From Desulfobacterales bacterium (GTDB lineage: Bacteria > Desulfobacterota > Desulfobacteria > Desulfobacterales > UBA2245), in the NCBI GenBank assembly GCA_040771865.1, contig JAXGZF010000004.1, positions 1-64,000 on the forward strand: DNA of 64,000 nucleotides, given 5' to 3'. The position numbers and the translations under genes were made by a program. The notes beneath the pieces were generated by a model, which was given only the letters and a program-made list of their open reading frames with translations, had not been told where the DNA came from and made no database searches. This document shows positions 31,716-43,991 of this stretch, piece after piece. Positions within the stretch are counted from its first letter, which is position 1; each line of letters starts with the position of its first letter.

Positions 31716-33071
31716 TTAAACCATTCTGACCTCGATTTCGGCCAGCGCGCTCTCAACCAGGTTGCGGATTTCATTCAGCCCGCTTTCGGACAGGGCCTCA
31801 AAGCGCATCACCAGGGCCGGCTGGGTGTTGGAGGCGCGAACCAGCCCCCACCCGTCTTCAAACAATACCCGGACGCCGTCGATGTCGATGACCGGATAGA
31901 TTCCTTTAAAATGGGCGGTAACCGCTTCGATGACCTTGAACTTCATGTGTTCCGGGCATTCCCTGCGGATTTCCGGAGTCGTGAAGGTCCGGGGTATGTC
32001 GGAAAGAAGCCCGGACAGGGGGACCTGAGACCGGGACAGGATTTCAAGCATCCGGCAGGCGGCATAGATCGCATCGTCAAAGCCGAGGTACCGGTCTGCA
32101 AAGAACATGTGGCCGCTCATCTCGCCGGCGAGTTCGGCCTTCTCCTCCTTCATTTTATGCTTGATCAGCGAGTGCCCGGTTTTCCACATGATGGGTTTTC
32201 CGCCGCGTTTTTCGATTTCGTCGAACAGGGTTTTGGAGCATTTGACATCGGAGATGAAGACGGCGCCTGGCTTTCTGGACAGGATCTCCCGGGCAAACAG
32301 AATGATCAGTTTGTCTCCATATACGATGCGGCCCTGTTCGTCGACCACCCCGATCCGGTCGCCGTCTCCGTCAAAGCCGATGCCCAGATCCAGCCGCTTT
32401 TCCTGAACCAGGGAGATGAGATCCGCCATGTTCTTGAGCACCGTGGGATCCGCCTCGTGGTTGGGGAAGGTTCCGTCCATTTCACAATAGATGTCGTGCA
32501 CCCCGCAGTTCAGGCTTTTTAAAAGGGGAACCGCGATCACGCCTGCCGTGCCGTTTCCCGCATCGATTCCGACTCTCAGGGGCCGGTTGAGAAATATGTT
32601 GTCTTGAATAAATTTCTGATACGAGGGAATAACCTCAGCGGAGTTCAGGCTTCCCCGGCCCTGAATAAAGGCGCGTTCCCGAATGATCCGGTAAATGGTT
32701 TGAATGTCTTTTCCGTGGACCGAATCATTGCCCCGGCAGATCTTGAACCCGTTGTATTCCGGCGGATTGTGGCTGGCCGTGACCATGATTCCCCCGTCCT
32801 GCTTGAGATGGTGAATCGAAAAATACAGAACCGGCGTCGGACACACCCCGATGTCGGTCACTACGCATCCCGTGCTGACAAGCCCTTCGATGAGCTTTTT
32901 CGCATAGAGCGAAGAGCTCAGCCGGCAGTCGCGGCCGACGGTCAACCGTCTGCATCCGCGCTGAACCAGAAAGGTTCCGGCGGCCTTTCCGATGTCGACG
33001 ACATCCGTTTCGGTCAGGTCCCTGTTCGCAATTCCGCGGATGTCGTATTCCCGGAAAATTTCAGGATTCAT
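31716..33071 (-). CDS. Phosphomannomutase/phosphoglucomutase (AlgC type)
   Basis: IFREYDIRG, TASHNP, DGDGDR, GEMSGH and RASNT motifs. Confidence 0.95.
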   Translation of the reverse strand: MNPEIFREYDIRGIANRDLTETDVVDIGKAAGTFLVQRGCRRLTVGRDCRLSSSLYAKKLIEGLVSTGCVVTDIGVCPTPVLYFSIHHLKQDGGIMVTASHNPPEYNGFKICRGNDSVHGKDIQTIYRIIRERAFIQGRGSLNSAEVIPSYQKFIQDNIFLNRPLRVGIDAGNGTAGVIAVPLLKSLNCGVHDIYCEMDGTFPNHEADPTVLKNMADLISLVQEKRLDLGIGFDGDGDRIGVVDEQGRIVYGDKLIILFAREILSRKPGAVFISDVKCSKTLFDEIEKRGGKPIMWKTGHSLIKHKMKEEKAELAGEMSGHMFFADRYLGFDDAIYAACRMLEILSRSQVPLSGLLSDIPRTFTTPEIRRECPEHMKFKVIEAVTAHFKGIYPVIDIDGVRVLFEDGWGLVRASNTQPALVMRFEALSESGLNEIRNLVESALAEIEVRMV

Positions 33072-33115
33072 GAAATACTCCTTTTTGACGGCCGATTTGA
33101 GGACCGAATTGAATT

Positions 33116-33931
33116 TTACTTAAAGGCGAATATCAGAGCCGTAATTCCCAGAATAAGGCAGTAAGGGGCAAAAAGATAGAGACGCCCGATTTTGACGATG
33201 TAGACCAGAAGCGCCAGAGCGCCGTAGCCTGTGATAAAGGCGGTCGCCGTGCCGATCAGAACGGCCGGGTCCACCACAACGGGGCCTGAAGGTAGATCCA
33301 GAATGCTCAGGAATTCGGCGCCCAGGATCGCCGGAACGGACAGGAGAAAACTGTACCGGGCCGCGGTCTCGCGGTCAATGCCCAGAAACAGCCCGGCGCA
33401 TATGGTGGCGCCGGATCTGGAAAGCCCGGGGAGCACGGCCAGGCCCTGGACGGTTCCGATCAAAAGCGCAGTTCGAGCAGAAAAATCCCGCATGCCCTTT
33501 CCCGGCTTTCGAACCATGAGCGTCAGGGCCAGCGCCAGGCCGGTGACAATCAGCGAGCAGCCGACGACCGGAAGCGAGGCAAAAAGCTGATCCGCAATTT
33601 GATGAAACCCCAGGCCGATAATGCCCGTGGGAATGGATCCGATGACAATCCACAGGGCCAGTTTCATCGGATCTTCGAGGGACATGGTGCCGGGGGAAGA
33701 TAGCTGGCGAAACCATCGGAAAAGAGATGAGAGAATATCGGCGATTTCTTTTCGGAAAAAAATCATAACCGCCATAAGCGTGCCCACATGAACGCTGACG
33801 TCAAAAAATATTTCTGGTTCCGTAACACCAAGATATTGCTGAAAAATCACCAGATGGCCGGAGCTGCTGACCGGCAGAAATTCGGTCAGCCCCTGAACCA
33901 GGCCCAGAAATATCGCTTGCAAGGGTTCCAT
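33116..33931 (-). CDS. uppP: Undecaprenyl-diphosphate phosphatase
   Basis: QGLTEFLPVSSSGH, PGLSRSGAT and YSFLLS motifs. Start uncertain (ORF extends to 33967). Confidence 0.95.
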   Translation of the reverse strand: MEPLQAIFLGLVQGLTEFLPVSSSGHLVIFQQYLGVTEPEIFFDVSVHVGTLMAVMIFFRKEIADILSSLFRWFRQLSSPGTMSLEDPMKLALWIVIGSIPTGIIGLGFHQIADQLFASLPVVGCSLIVTGLALALTLMVRKPGKGMRDFSARTALLIGTVQGLAVLPGLSRSGATICAGLFLGIDRETAARYSFLLSVPAILGAEFLSILDLPSGPVVVDPAVLIGTATAFITGYGALALLVYIVKIGRLYLFAPYCLILGITALIFAFK

Positions 33932-34102
33932 GCGCATGCTTTCGAATGGGTTTTTCAACATCGGCAAAACCGCCGAAAAACTCCGGGGAATTTAGCACAA
34001 AGAACCGAAAGCGCAAAGCGGAAACAAGGGTATTTCAACCGGTTTCCATGGGACACGGTTCGAAGCAAAACAGCATTGGGGAGGATATGAACGTGAGCGG
34101 GG

Positions 34103-35509
34103 CTATGTTTCCAGGCAGTTCTTGCTCAGGTTTTCATCGCACTGCACCGGATAGCACCCGTCAAAGCAGGCCCTGCAGAAGTGATTCTCCGGATTTTCAA
34201 CGCCGGTGGACTGCATCAGGCCGTCCAGGGTCAGGTAATGAAGGGAATCTAGTCCCAGATAGTCTTTGAGGGTGTCGACCGGCATTCCGGCGGCGATCAG
34301 CTCACCCTTGGTGCTGAAATCGATTCCGTAATGGCACGGGAACCGGTGTGCCGGACCGCTGATGCGCATGTGCACCCGCCGGACGCCCATTTCGCGAAGC
34401 GCCTTGACCCGGGTTTTCACCGTGGTTCCCCGAATGATCGAATCATCCACGATGACGATATCCTTTCCCCGCAGCAGTTCCTTGACCGGGTTGAGCTTCA
34501 CGCGGACTGCGAAATCCCGCATGCTCTGGGCGGGCTGAATGAAGGTTCTGCCCACGTAATGATTTCGAATCATTCCGATTTCAAATGGAATTCCGGTCTG
34601 CTCGGAATACCCGAGGGCCGCATAGGTGCCTGAATCCGGAAAGGGCATGACCAGGTCTGCCTTTGCGGGCGCTTCTTCGGCCAGCCGGCGTCCCATGGCT
34701 TTCCGGACCAGATACACGTTTTTTCCGTAGATGGTGCTGTCGGGTCTCGCAAAATAGATGAATTCAAAGACGCAGAAGGCGCGCCGCAGGCCGACCGGGG
34801 TCTGTATGCTCTTGATCCGGTCGTTTTCGATGATTACGATTTCGCCGGGATTCAGTTCCCGGATCAAGTCGGCATGAACCAGATCCAGAGCGCAGGTTTC
34901 CGATGCCAGTACAAAGCCGCCGTCCAGACGCCCCAGACACAGGGGACGGAATCCATAAGGATCCTTGATGCCGATCACCTGGCCTTCGCTGGTGAGCACG
35001 GCAAAGGAAAATGCGCCCCGAAGCCTGGAAACGGTTTCAACCAGAGCGGTCTCCAGCCCCTTGTGAATATGGCGCACCAGAAGATGTAAAAACACCTCGC
35101 TGTCCATGGTGGTCTGAAATATGGATCCGGTCTCCTCCAGCTCGTTTTTCAGAGACACGGCATTGACCAGATTTCCGTTGTGGGCCACGGCGAAATAGCG
35201 ATCCTTGTAATGGATCACAAAAGGCTGGGCATTGCCGAGCACCGAGCTTCCCGTCGTCGAATAGCGGGCATGCCCGATCGCGTTTTGGCCTGAAAGCTGA
35301 CCGAGAATAGACGGATTGAACACATCGGGCGCCAGCCCCATCCCCCTGTGGGAAAAGATTTTGCGGTCGCGGGCCACGGCGATGCCCGCGCTTTCCTGAC
35401 CCCGGTGCTGCAGAGCGTAGAGCCCGAAATACGTCAGGGTCGCGGCATCCGCAGATCCGCTGATGCCGAAAATACCGCAGGCCTCCCGGGGCTTATCCGG
35501 ATCATACAT
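34103..35509 (-). CDS. purF: Amidophosphoribosyltransferase
   Basis: Propeptide then [22 protein letters not shown] and [10 protein letters not shown]; Fe-S cysteines (CRAC). Confidence 0.97.
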   Translation of the reverse strand: MYDPDKPREACGIFGISGSADAATLTYFGLYALQHRGQESAGIAVARDRKIFSHRGMGLAPDVFNPSILGQLSGQNAIGHARYSTTGSSVLGNAQPFVIHYKDRYFAVAHNGNLVNAVSLKNELEETGSIFQTTMDSEVFLHLLVRHIHKGLETALVETVSRLRGAFSFAVLTSEGQVIGIKDPYGFRPLCLGRLDGGFVLASETCALDLVHADLIRELNPGEIVIIENDRIKSIQTPVGLRRAFCVFEFIYFARPDSTIYGKNVYLVRKAMGRRLAEEAPAKADLVMPFPDSGTYAALGYSEQTGIPFEIGMIRNHYVGRTFIQPAQSMRDFAVRVKLNPVKELLRGKDIVIVDDSIIRGTTVKTRVKALREMGVRRVHMRISGPAHRFPCHYGIDFSTKGELIAAGMPVDTLKDYLGLDSLHYLTLDGLMQSTGVENPENHFCRACFDGCYPVQCDENLSKNCLET

Positions 35510-38500
35510 GCTTGAAATGATACTCCTGAATGGGTTTGACGCTCATTTTGCGTCCCCGAAGGGCCTGAACTGCCCGGCTCATGGCCAGGGCACCGGCGAC
35601 CGTCGTTGCGTAAGGCAGCTTGAATTTGATTGTGGCCCTTCGAATCTCGTATCCGTCCTGTTTGGTCTGCCCGCCGGACTCTGTATTGATCACCAGATGA
35701 ATCTCGCGGTTCTTGATGGCATCCACCACATGGGGCCTTCCCATGGACACCTTGTTGATCATCTGATTGTCGATTCCCAGAAGCCTGAGATGCTCCGAGG
35801 TGCCCTGGGTGGCCACAATCAAAAAACCCATTGCCTGAAAGTTTTTGGCCACGGCCGCCACGGCGGGCTTGTCTTCATCCTTCACACTGATAAAGACCGT
35901 TCCCCTGGTGGGCAGATGCTGGCCGGCGCCAAGCTGGGACTTGGCAAAAGCATGGCCGAATTCGGAATCAATTCCCATCACCTCTCCCGTGGATTTCATC
36001 TCCGGCCCAAGAAGCGTGTCGACATCGGGGAACCGGTCAAAGGGCATTACCGATTCCTTGATCGCCACATGGGACGGAATGACCGGCCGGTCCAGGTTCA
36101 GATCCTTGAGCTTTCGGCCCAGCATGACCCGGGTGGCAACCTTTGCCCAGGGGATTCCGGTGGCCTTGCTGACAAAGGGAACTGTTCGCGAGGCCCGGGG
36201 ATTGACTTCCAGAACAAACAGGCGGTTGTTTTGAACCGCGTACTGGACGTTCATCAGTCCGATGACGTTAAGCTCGACGGCCATGGCCTTGGTAGCCTTG
36301 ACAATTTCGTCAATGATATCGGTGCCCAGACTATAGGGCGGCAGCACGCAGGCCGAATCTCCCGAATGAATCCCGGCGGCCTCGATATGCTCCATGATCC
36401 CGCAGATCACCGTATCGACGCCGTCACAGACCGCATCCACATCCACCTCGATAGCCCCTTCCAGAAAACGGTCGATCAACACCGGATGTTCCGGAGAGAC
36501 CTCGATAGCCAGGCGGGTGAAATTCACCAGGGACTTGCGATCGTAGACAATCTGCATGGCCCGGCCGCCCAGAACATAGGAGGGCCGCACAATCACCGGA
36601 TATCCGATGGCCTCGGCCACCTTGACGGCCTCTTTTTCAAACATCGCCGTTCCGTTGGCCGGCTGAAACAGTCCGAGCTTGTTGAGCATGGCCTGGAAAA
36701 GCTTGCGGTCCTCGGCCCGATCGATGCTCTCTGGCTGGGTGCCGAGAATGGGCACACCGGCCCGGTGAAGATGGGTCGACAGATTCAACGGGGTCTGCCC
36801 GCCGAACTGAACGATCACCCCCATGGGCATTTCGGTCTGAACGATGTGCAGCACATCTTCGCGGGTCAGCGGCTCGAAATAAAGCTTGTCCGAAGTGTCG
36901 TAGTCGGTGCTGACCGTCTCCGGATTGCTGTTGACCATGATGCTTTCGATGCCCTCCTCGCGCAGGGCAAAGGAGGCGTGCACGCAGCAGTAGTCAAACT
37001 CAATGCCCTGTCCGATGCGGTTCGGGCCGCCGCCCAGAATCATAACCTTGGTCCGGTCCGAAACCCGGGCTTCGTTTTCCTTTTCGTAGGTGGAATAATA
37101 ATAAGGCGTGGCAGCCTTGAATTCGGCAGCGCAGGTGTCCACCAGCTTATAAACCGGACGGATGCCCGATTTTTTGCGACGATCGAAGATCTGCTCCTCG
37201 GAAAATCCGGTTATGCGGGCGATCTGTATGTCGGAAAATCCCCATTGCTTGGCCTTGTCGAGCATCTCGTCCGGCAGATCGGCGCCGTATTCGCGGATCT
37301 GCTGCTCCATTTCGACAATCTGCCGGAGCTGGTATAAAAACCAGGGATCGATGCCGGTCAGATGGTGAATGTTCTCAATCGTCATGCCCTGGCGCAGGGC
37401 CTTGGCGAGGTAGAAAATGCGCCTGGAATTGGCCACGGCCAGCCTTTGTTCGACATCCTCGGAATCCTGGGCGTCTTTTCCGTCTGCCAGAAGGCCGGCG
37501 CGTCCGATCTCCAGGGACCGCAATCCCTTTTGAAGCGCTTCTTTAAAGGTTCTGCCAATGGCCATGGTTTCTCCCACGGATTTCATGGAAGTGGTCAGAA
37601 CATCGCGGGTTTCGGGAAATTTCTCAAAGGTGAAGCGCGGAATTTTCACCACGCAGTAATCTAGGGACGGTTCAAATGAAGCCAGGGTTTCTCCGGTGAT
37701 ATCGTTGGGAATTTCGTCCAGGGTGTAGCCGACGGCCAGCTTTGCGGCAATCTTGGCAATGGGAAATCCCGTGGCCTTGGAGGCCAGGGCCGAGCTTCGC
37801 GACACCCGGGGGTTCATCTCCACGACGATCAGATCGCCGTTTAAGGGATTGACGGCAAACTGCACATTGGAACCGCCGGTGTCCACACCGATCTCCCGCA
37901 TGATGGCGATCGAGGCGTCGCGCATTTTCTGGTACTCCCGGTCGGTCAGGGTCTGAACCGGGGCCACGGTGATGCTGTCGCCGGTATGAATGCCCATGGG
38001 ATCGAGATTTTCGATGGAACAGACAATCACCGCGTTGTCGTTTTTGTCCCGCATGACCTCCAGTTCAAATTCTTTCCACCCCAGCACCGATTCTTCCAGC
38101 ATGACCTGAGTGATCAGGCTGGCATCCAGTCCGGCTCTGGCCATGATTTCCAGGTCTTCGGGATTGTAGGCGACCCCGCCGCCGGTGCCTCCCAGGGTAA
38201 AACTCGGCCGGACGATCAGCGGATAGCCGATCTTTTCGGCAATGGCCCGCACCTCGTCCATATTGCAGGCGATCCCGCTCTCCGGAATGCGAAGGCCGAT
38301 CCGGTGCATGGCCTGGCGGAACAGGTCCCGGTCCTCGGCCTTGTGGATTGCATCCAGCGAAGCGCCGATCATCTCCACGCCGAAACGTTCCAGAACGCCC
38401 ATTTTCGCAACGGCCACGGCGGTATTCAGCCCGGTCTGTCCTCCCAGAGTGGGCAGGAGGGCGTCGGGACGCTCCAGCTCGATGATCCGGGCCACGATTT

Positions 38501-38714
38501 CCGGAATCACCGGCTCGATATAGGTCCTGTGAGCCATTTCCGGATCGGTCATGATGGTTGCCGGATTGCTGTTGATCAACACAACCTCGTAGCCTTCCTC
38601 CATCAGGGCCTTGCATGCCTGGGTTCCGGAATAATCAAACTCGCACGCCTGGCTGATGATGATCGGACCGGCGCCGATGATGAGGATTTTTTGAATGTCC
38701 GTACGTTTGGGCAT
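35502..38714 (-). CDS. carB: Carbamoyl-phosphate synthase large subunit
   Basis: [32 protein letters not shown], duplicated ATP-grasp halves and an MGS domain. Confidence 0.98.
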   Translation of the reverse strand: MPKRTDIQKILIIGAGPIIISQACEFDYSGTQACKALMEEGYEVVLINSNPATIMTDPEMAHRTYIEPVIPEIVARIIELERPDALLPTLGGQTGLNTAVAVAKMGVLERFGVEMIGASLDAIHKAEDRDLFRQAMHRIGLRIPESGIACNMDEVRAIAEKIGYPLIVRPSFTLGGTGGGVAYNPEDLEIMARAGLDASLITQVMLEESVLGWKEFELEVMRDKNDNAVIVCSIENLDPMGIHTGDSITVAPVQTLTDREYQKMRDASIAIMREIGVDTGGSNVQFAVNPLNGDLIVVEMNPRVSRSSALASKATGFPIAKIAAKLAVGYTLDEIPNDITGETLASFEPSLDYCVVKIPRFTFEKFPETRDVLTTSMKSVGETMAIGRTFKEALQKGLRSLEIGRAGLLADGKDAQDSEDVEQRLAVANSRRIFYLAKALRQGMTIENIHHLTGIDPWFLYQLRQIVEMEQQIREYGADLPDEMLDKAKQWGFSDIQIARITGFSEEQIFDRRKKSGIRPVYKLVDTCAAEFKAATPYYYSTYEKENEARVSDRTKVMILGGGPNRIGQGIEFDYCCVHASFALREEGIESIMVNSNPETVSTDYDTSDKLYFEPLTREDVLHIVQTEMPMGVIVQFGGQTPLNLSTHLHRAGVPILGTQPESIDRAEDRKLFQAMLNKLGLFQPANGTAMFEKEAVKVAEAIGYPVIVRPSYVLGGRAMQIVYDRKSLVNFTRLAIEVSPEHPVLIDRFLEGAIEVDVDAVCDGVDTVICGIMEHIEAAGIHSGDSACVLPPYSLGTDIIDEIVKATKAMAVELNVIGLMNVQYAVQNNRLFVLEVNPRASRTVPFVSKATGIPWAKVATRVMLGRKLKDLNLDRPVIPSHVAIKESVMPFDRFPDVDTLLGPEMKSTGEVMGIDSEFGHAFAKSQLGAGQHLPTRGTVFISVKDEDKPAVAAVAKNFQAMGFLIVATQGTSEHLRLLGIDNQMINKVSMGRPHVVDAIKNREIHLVINTESGGQTKQDGYEIRRATIKFKLPYATTVAGALAMSRAVQALRGRKMSVKPIQEYHFKHV

Positions 38715-38719
38715 ATCGG

Positions 38720-39871
38720 TTACCTGCAGGAAACGGATGAAGGATGCTTCATCATGGAAACGAATTGATCGAAAAGATGCGCTGAATCATGGGGACCGGG
38801 AGATGCTTCGGGATGGTACTGAACCGCCATGACCGGAAGCTTAAGATGGCGGAATCCTTCCAGCGTGTTGTCGTTGAGATTGATGTGCGTGGCCTGGACC
38901 TCTTCGGGATTCAGGCTGTTGATGTCCACGGCAAATCCGTGATTCTGGGAGGTGATTTCCACCTTCCCGGAAGCCAGATCCTTGACCGGCTGGTTGCCGC
39001 CGCGGTGGCCGAATTTGAGCTTGAAGGTTTTTCCACCCAGGGCCAGTGCTATGAGCTGGATGCCCAGGCATATGCCGAAAATCGGGCGGAATCCAATCAG
39101 CGAGCGGATGGTTTCAACGGCATAGGTGATCGGCTCCGGGTCCCCCGGACCGTTGGAAAGAAAAACACCGTCCGGCACCAGGGCCCGGACGGTTTCGGCC
39201 GGTGTTTTGGCCGGAACCACAATGATCCGGCACCCGGCCGATTCGAGACATCTGAGAATGTTGTACTTGATGCCGAAGTCCATGGCCGCCACACGGCATC
39301 CAATGCCTTTCGGCCAGATCGTTTCATCCAGGCGCTGATCCGGAGGCAGGATCTCGGCCTTGCCCTGACGCCAATGGTACGCGGAAACCGTGGTCACGGT
39401 CTGCACCAGATCGCGACCTACGAGGCTTGGAGCGTTTCGGGCTTTTTTCACCAGGGAGTCCGGATTCAGATCCTCGGTGGAAATCACGGCCTGCATGGCG
39501 CCTGCGCTTCGAATGTGCCGGGTCAGGGCCCGGGTATCGAGATCCTCGATCCCCAGAACGCCCTGGGCCTTGAGATAGTCGGCCAGGGACTGGGTGGATC
39601 GGAAGTTGCTCGGATACGGCTGATATTCCCGCACGATAAAGGCGGATACCTGAATGCGGTCGGATTCCACATCCTCGAAATTGACCCCGTAATTGCCGAT
39701 CAGCGGATAAGTCATGGTCACGATCTGCCCCCGGTAGGACGGATCGGTGAGGATTTCCTGATATCCGGTCATGCCGGTGTTAAACACCGCCTCGCCAAAG
39801 GCTTCCCCGGGGCCGGTAAACGACCGGCACGGAAACGTTCTGCCGTCTTCAAGGGCGAGCAAAGCTTTCAT
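38720..39871 (-). CDS. carA: Carbamoyl-phosphate synthase small subunit
   Basis: [31 protein letters not shown] and [10 protein letters not shown] motifs. Confidence 0.97.
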   Translation of the reverse strand: MKALLALEDGRTFPCRSFTGPGEAFGEAVFNTGMTGYQEILTDPSYRGQIVTMTYPLIGNYGVNFEDVESDRIQVSAFIVREYQPYPSNFRSTQSLADYLKAQGVLGIEDLDTRALTRHIRSAGAMQAVISTEDLNPDSLVKKARNAPSLVGRDLVQTVTTVSAYHWRQGKAEILPPDQRLDETIWPKGIGCRVAAMDFGIKYNILRCLESAGCRIIVVPAKTPAETVRALVPDGVFLSNGPGDPEPITYAVETIRSLIGFRPIFGICLGIQLIALALGGKTFKLKFGHRGGNQPVKDLASGKVEITSQNHGFAVDINSLNPEEVQATHINLNDNTLEGFRHLKLPVMAVQYHPEASPGPHDSAHLFDQFVSMMKHPSSVSCR

Positions 39872-39906
39872 AATTTTCCTGGCTGTTTTGCACAGCGATT
39901 CGTTCC

Positions 39907-42327
39907 CTATTCCAGGGGAAAGTTTTCGATCATATTCCAGACCCCGCACGGGCATGCATCTGCACAGAATCCGCAGCCGATGCACCGGGATTCATCCACC
40001 GCGTACTGATATGCGCCGTCGGCAAGTTCCTGTCTGGATACCGCGGTCTGAGGACAGATCGCCACGCAGATGCCGCAATCCCGGCAGGTCCCGCACGAGG
40101 CGCACTGGGTGCCGCACTGATCGATGCTTTCAAACCCGGTGATGCGCGGATCTAAATACTCGAGGGAAACCCGGCGACGGTCGATGATCTGCCGCGATTC
40201 AAACGCAGGGGTTTTTCCCTGGGCCAGGTCCGCGATGGCGGCTGCCACTCTGCGTCCGGCGCCGATGGCATCGGTGATCAGACCGGGTTTAACGGTGTCG
40301 CCGATGGCAAAAATATTCGGATCCGAAGTCCGGAAGCAATCATCCACGACGATAAATCCGCGCTCTGTATCCACGTTTTCAGGCAGAAAGTCAAGGTCCG
40401 GCACATCGCCGATGGAGATGATCACCGTATCGGCTTCAATCACCTCGCCGTCGCTGAGTTCAACCCCCTGGTCGGTGATCTGCCGTGTGAAACAAGGCCA
40501 GCGGAATACGGCGCCGATCTTTTCGGCGGCCTCCCGTTCCTTTCCGAAAGACAGAGGTTTTTGAACGTCGATCAGGGTAATGTTTTGAGCGCCGAGCCGA
40601 TGGGCCTCGACGGCCGCATCGCAGCCGACGTTTCCGGCCCCGATCACCACCACGGATTTTCCGGGGTCGATGGCGCCGGATTTGGCCTGGGCCAGAAACG
40701 CGTTGGCCGGAATCAGGCGCTCTTTTCCGGGAACCGGAATCATGCGCGGCTTCTGAGCGCCGGTTGCGATCACCACATAATCGTATTCGGATTTAAGGCG
40801 GATCACATCCTGCCGGTTCAGATCATGATCCAGGCGCACATGGGGAATCACCTTGCGGACCCGTTCCAGTTCGGCATCGACTACTTCCTTGGGAATCCGG
40901 CTTTCCGGAATCACCGATGAAATTTTTCCGCCCAGGGTTTCAGAGCGGTCAAACACCACCGCATCATGACCTTGGCGGCGAAGCTGCCAGGCCACGGATA
41001 TTCCCGCCGGCCCGCCGCCGATCACCGCGATTCGTTTGCCGCTGATATCCGGCATTTCAGGAAGGCGGGCTCGAATGCTGGCTTTGCCGAGCTGGGATAT
41101 GTCCACCGCCGGCATGAGCTGCTCGCGACGGGTGCAGGCCTCCATACAGAGCCGGGGGCAGAGATAGCCGCAAACTGTGGCGGGAAATGGGGTATAGGCC
41201 AGCGCCAGATCGACTGCCTCATCCATGCGGCCCTCCCGAATCAGCTGCCACCGCTGTTGAACCGGAATCCCGGTCGGACAGGTCCCTTCACAGGGGGCCA
41301 GGTATTTCCGGTTCTCCCAGACCGGCACCCACCTTCTGAGATCGCCGGCGGGAATCAAGGGCACCGGATCACGCTCCAGAAGGGTCAGATCCCCGATCAG
41401 TCCGCCCGAACCCAGCTCCTTGTCCCACACCTCGCGACGAAACGAACTCATGGAACGAAGAGACCCGTTCGCCTTTTCCTGGGGGGTCCTGGCAGCAAGC
41501 AACCGCCACTGGGAGATTTCGGCCATTTGAGCAAAAAGCTCGGGCCGGCCGAGAGCATGGAGAAATTTTTTGAGATTTTCGCAAAGCCAGTTCCAGTCCT
41601 TGCTGCCGATAGCAACCTCTTTGGCATCGGTCCGGCTGAATTCAGAGCAGGGCCCTCGAAAAAAAACCTTTCCGCCCACCATGCCCACCAGGGGACGGTA
41701 ACCCAGAACATTGCCTGAATTCTGGTACTTATGGCCACAGACAACGGCGGCGATACCGCCGGCCATGAGTTCTCCACCCACCCGGGGACGGTAACCCAGA
41801 ACAATGCCCGAATGCTGGGACTCATAGCCGCAGATAACGGCGATGCCGCCGGCCATGAATTCTCCGAAGTAATCGCCTGCGGATCCCAGCACCCAGAGTT
41901 GCGGGGGTTCAAACCTCGGATTGTGCTTGGTCATGGTCATGCCGCGAGCCCCGATGTTGCCGCCCACATAGATGGCGCCCTGAGACATGGCGTTGCCGAC
42001 GCCGTTTCCCGCATTGCCGTGCACGATGATCTGAGCGCCGGCATTGAGCCAGCCGACGTCGTCCGAAGCCGACCCCATCGCCTCGATGCGGGTTCCGGGA
42101 AATCCCATGGCGCCCAGCCGCTGTCCGCTCTGGCCCTTTACCCTGACACGGACCGGTTCCTGACCGTTTTTCCAGAGGCGGCCGCCGATGCCGTGCTGGC
42201 CGAAGGCATCGATTTCCAGATTTCGAAGGCCGCCGGCCACCGCTTCCTGAATCCGTTCTTCAAGAATGCGCGATTCCAGCCGGACCCCGTCTTTTTTTCC
42301 AGAAATATGGTGATATTTTTCCTGCAT
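39907..42327 (-). CDS. Glutamate synthase subunit: GXGXG (GltB C-terminal) domain fused to a GltD-like FAD/NAD(P) oxidoreductase and a ferredoxin domain
   Basis: GQRLG and GEFMAGG beta-helix motifs; PCEGTCP and CGYLCP; IGGGPAG and IGAGNVG; C-terminal CIGCGFCADACP. Confidence 0.88.
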   Translation of the reverse strand: MQEKYHHISGKKDGVRLESRILEERIQEAVAGGLRNLEIDAFGQHGIGGRLWKNGQEPVRVRVKGQSGQRLGAMGFPGTRIEAMGSASDDVGWLNAGAQIIVHGNAGNGVGNAMSQGAIYVGGNIGARGMTMTKHNPRFEPPQLWVLGSAGDYFGEFMAGGIAVICGYESQHSGIVLGYRPRVGGELMAGGIAAVVCGHKYQNSGNVLGYRPLVGMVGGKVFFRGPCSEFSRTDAKEVAIGSKDWNWLCENLKKFLHALGRPELFAQMAEISQWRLLAARTPQEKANGSLRSMSSFRREVWDKELGSGGLIGDLTLLERDPVPLIPAGDLRRWVPVWENRKYLAPCEGTCPTGIPVQQRWQLIREGRMDEAVDLALAYTPFPATVCGYLCPRLCMEACTRREQLMPAVDISQLGKASIRARLPEMPDISGKRIAVIGGGPAGISVAWQLRRQGHDAVVFDRSETLGGKISSVIPESRIPKEVVDAELERVRKVIPHVRLDHDLNRQDVIRLKSEYDYVVIATGAQKPRMIPVPGKERLIPANAFLAQAKSGAIDPGKSVVVIGAGNVGCDAAVEAHRLGAQNITLIDVQKPLSFGKEREAAEKIGAVFRWPCFTRQITDQGVELSDGEVIEADTVIISIGDVPDLDFLPENVDTERGFIVVDDCFRTSDPNIFAIGDTVKPGLITDAIGAGRRVAAAIADLAQGKTPAFESRQIIDRRRVSLEYLDPRITGFESIDQCGTQCASCGTCRDCGICVAICPQTAVSRQELADGAYQYAVDESRCIGCGFCADACPCGVWNMIENFPLE
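41684..41865. repeat. In-frame intragenic tandem duplication of about 90 bp
   Basis: 41684-41775 versus 41777-41865. Peptides GEFMAGGIAVICGYESQHSGIVLGYRPRVG and GELMAGGIAAVVCGHKYQNSGNVLGYRPLVG. Confidence 0.85.
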
Positions 42328-42356
42328 TTGGATCGCCCCCGATCAGAATTTGAAAT

Positions 42357-43991
42357 CTAGACCACGTATTGAATCTTCAGCCGCCGGGCCGCATCGGATT
42401 CGTTGATGCCCAGCGCGTCGGACATGCCGATGGGAAGCGAGGTGGACCTTCCCAGGGGCGCGATGATCTTTTTCAGCTCCGTATCGAAGCTCAAAAATAC
42501 ATCCACCACGCGCTGAGCCACCTGCTCCATGTCCAGCCGGCGATACAGCCGGGGATCCTGGGATGTGATCCCCTTGGGGCATTTTCCGATGTTGCAGATG
42601 TTGCACCGGTCCGACTCCGAGCCAAGGCACCCGGCCGCCGCCTGCATGATGTATTTCCCGGTCTGAACCCCGCTGGCGCCCAGCATGATCAGGGCCGCGG
42701 CATTGGCCGCCAGGTTGCCGTTTTTGCCGATGCCTCCGCCGGCAAACAGGGGGATCTCGTTCTGCACGCCCAGATACGCCAGGTTCAGGTAGCAATCCCG
42801 AATGTTGCTGGCGATCGGATGGCCCATGTGGTTCATCGAAACATTGTAGGCGGCGCCGGTGCCGCCGTCTTCGCCGTCAATGGCCAGACCGGCGGCATAG
42901 GGATTTCGGGTCAGATTGTTTAAAACCGCCAGGGCCGTCGACGTTCCGGATATCTTTGGATACACGGGCACACGGAATCCCCAGGCCATGTACATGGACT
43001 GAATCATCTTGGCCACGGATTCCTCGATCGAGTACTGGGTCTGATGCGTCGGAGGACTGGGCAGGCTCACGCCCGGCGGTACCCCGCGAATGGCGGCGAT
43101 CAACCTGTTGACCTTGTGCCACATCAGCAGTCCGCCGTCTCCGGGCTTGGCGCCCTGGCCGTATTTGATCTCAACGGCGCAGGGGTCTTCCTTCATGTGC
43201 GGAATGGCGTGGATGATCTCGTCCCATCCGAAATATCCGCTGGCGATCTGAAGGATCACGTATTTCAGAAATCTGGACTTGAGCAGCCGCGGAGGGCATC
43301 CGCCTTCTCCCGTGCAGATGCGAACCGGCATGCCCAGTTCCTCGTTCAGATATGCAACGCCCATCTGAAGCCCTTCCCACATGTTGGGAGACAGCGCGCC
43401 GAAGGACATTCCGCCGATGATCAAAGGGTAAATCTCCCGGACCGGCGGCATCCAGCCGTTGTTGCGGGAAAATTCCAGGCTTTTTTCCGGCGGAAGTATG
43501 CGGCCCAGAAGGGTCCGAATCTGGAATTCATGGCGTCCCGCGTCCAGGGCGGGATCGGTGAGCATGGAGATACGGATGAACTTGATCCGGTCCAGAAGGC
43601 TGTCGGTCGAGTTGCGGCGGCCGCCACGACTTCGGGCCTGTCCGCCCCGGTTGATATGAAAGCGCTGCTTGTCAACCTCATCGCTTCTGACCGGCAGGAT
43701 AGCATCGTTGGGACAGACCATGCTGCACATCCCGCAGCCGACGCAGGCAAAGGCCGGATCGGTTTTCTGGCGGATGCCGTGATAAATGCTGAACACATTG
43801 TCGGCGGATCCCTGAATGCCCATGGCAATCCGGACATCCCGCTTGCGAAACACCCCCAGTTCAAGAGCTTTGACCGGACAGACAGCCGTGCAGCTTCCGC
43901 ACAGGGTGCATTTGTCCCGATTCCAGTGAATCTGCCAGAGCAGATCCTTTACGCTGAGAGTCGATGGAGCAATGGGTCGGTTTGACGGCAT
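42357..43991 (-). CDS. Glutamate synthase FMN-binding subunit with N-terminal 4Fe-4S domain
   Basis: Two CxxCxxCxxxCP motifs; GMSFGALS, TGEGG, QIASGYFG, EIKYGQGAKPGDGG and DGEDGGTGAA; CNIGKCPKGITSQDP. Confidence 0.93.
   Translation of the reverse strand: MPSNRPIAPSTLSVKDLLWQIHWNRDKCTLCGSCTAVCPVKALELGVFRKRDVRIAMGIQGSADNVFSIYHGIRQKTDPAFACVGCGMCSMVCPNDAILPVRSDEVDKQRFHINRGGQARSRGGRRNSTDSLLDRIKFIRISMLTDPALDAGRHEFQIRTLLGRILPPEKSLEFSRNNGWMPPVREIYPLIIGGMSFGALSPNMWEGLQMGVAYLNEELGMPVRICTGEGGCPPRLLKSRFLKYVILQIASGYFGWDEIIHAIPHMKEDPCAVEIKYGQGAKPGDGGLLMWHKVNRLIAAIRGVPPGVSLPSPPTHQTQYSIEESVAKMIQSMYMAWGFRVPVYPKISGTSTALAVLNNLTRNPYAAGLAIDGEDGGTGAAYNVSMNHMGHPIASNIRDCYLNLAYLGVQNEIPLFAGGGIGKNGNLAANAAALIMLGASGVQTGKYIMQAAAGCLGSESDRCNICNIGKCPKGITSQDPRLYRRLDMEQVAQRVVDVFLSFDTELKKIIAPLGRSTSLPIGMSDALGINESDAARRLKIQYVV

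Noticed and set aside
35463..37337. Long antisense ORFs (here and at 46920-48440, 38789-40009, 53552-54700, 5537-6667, 7114-8250)
   Set aside because: Shadow frames of well-supported GC-rich genes, with no recognisable motifs.
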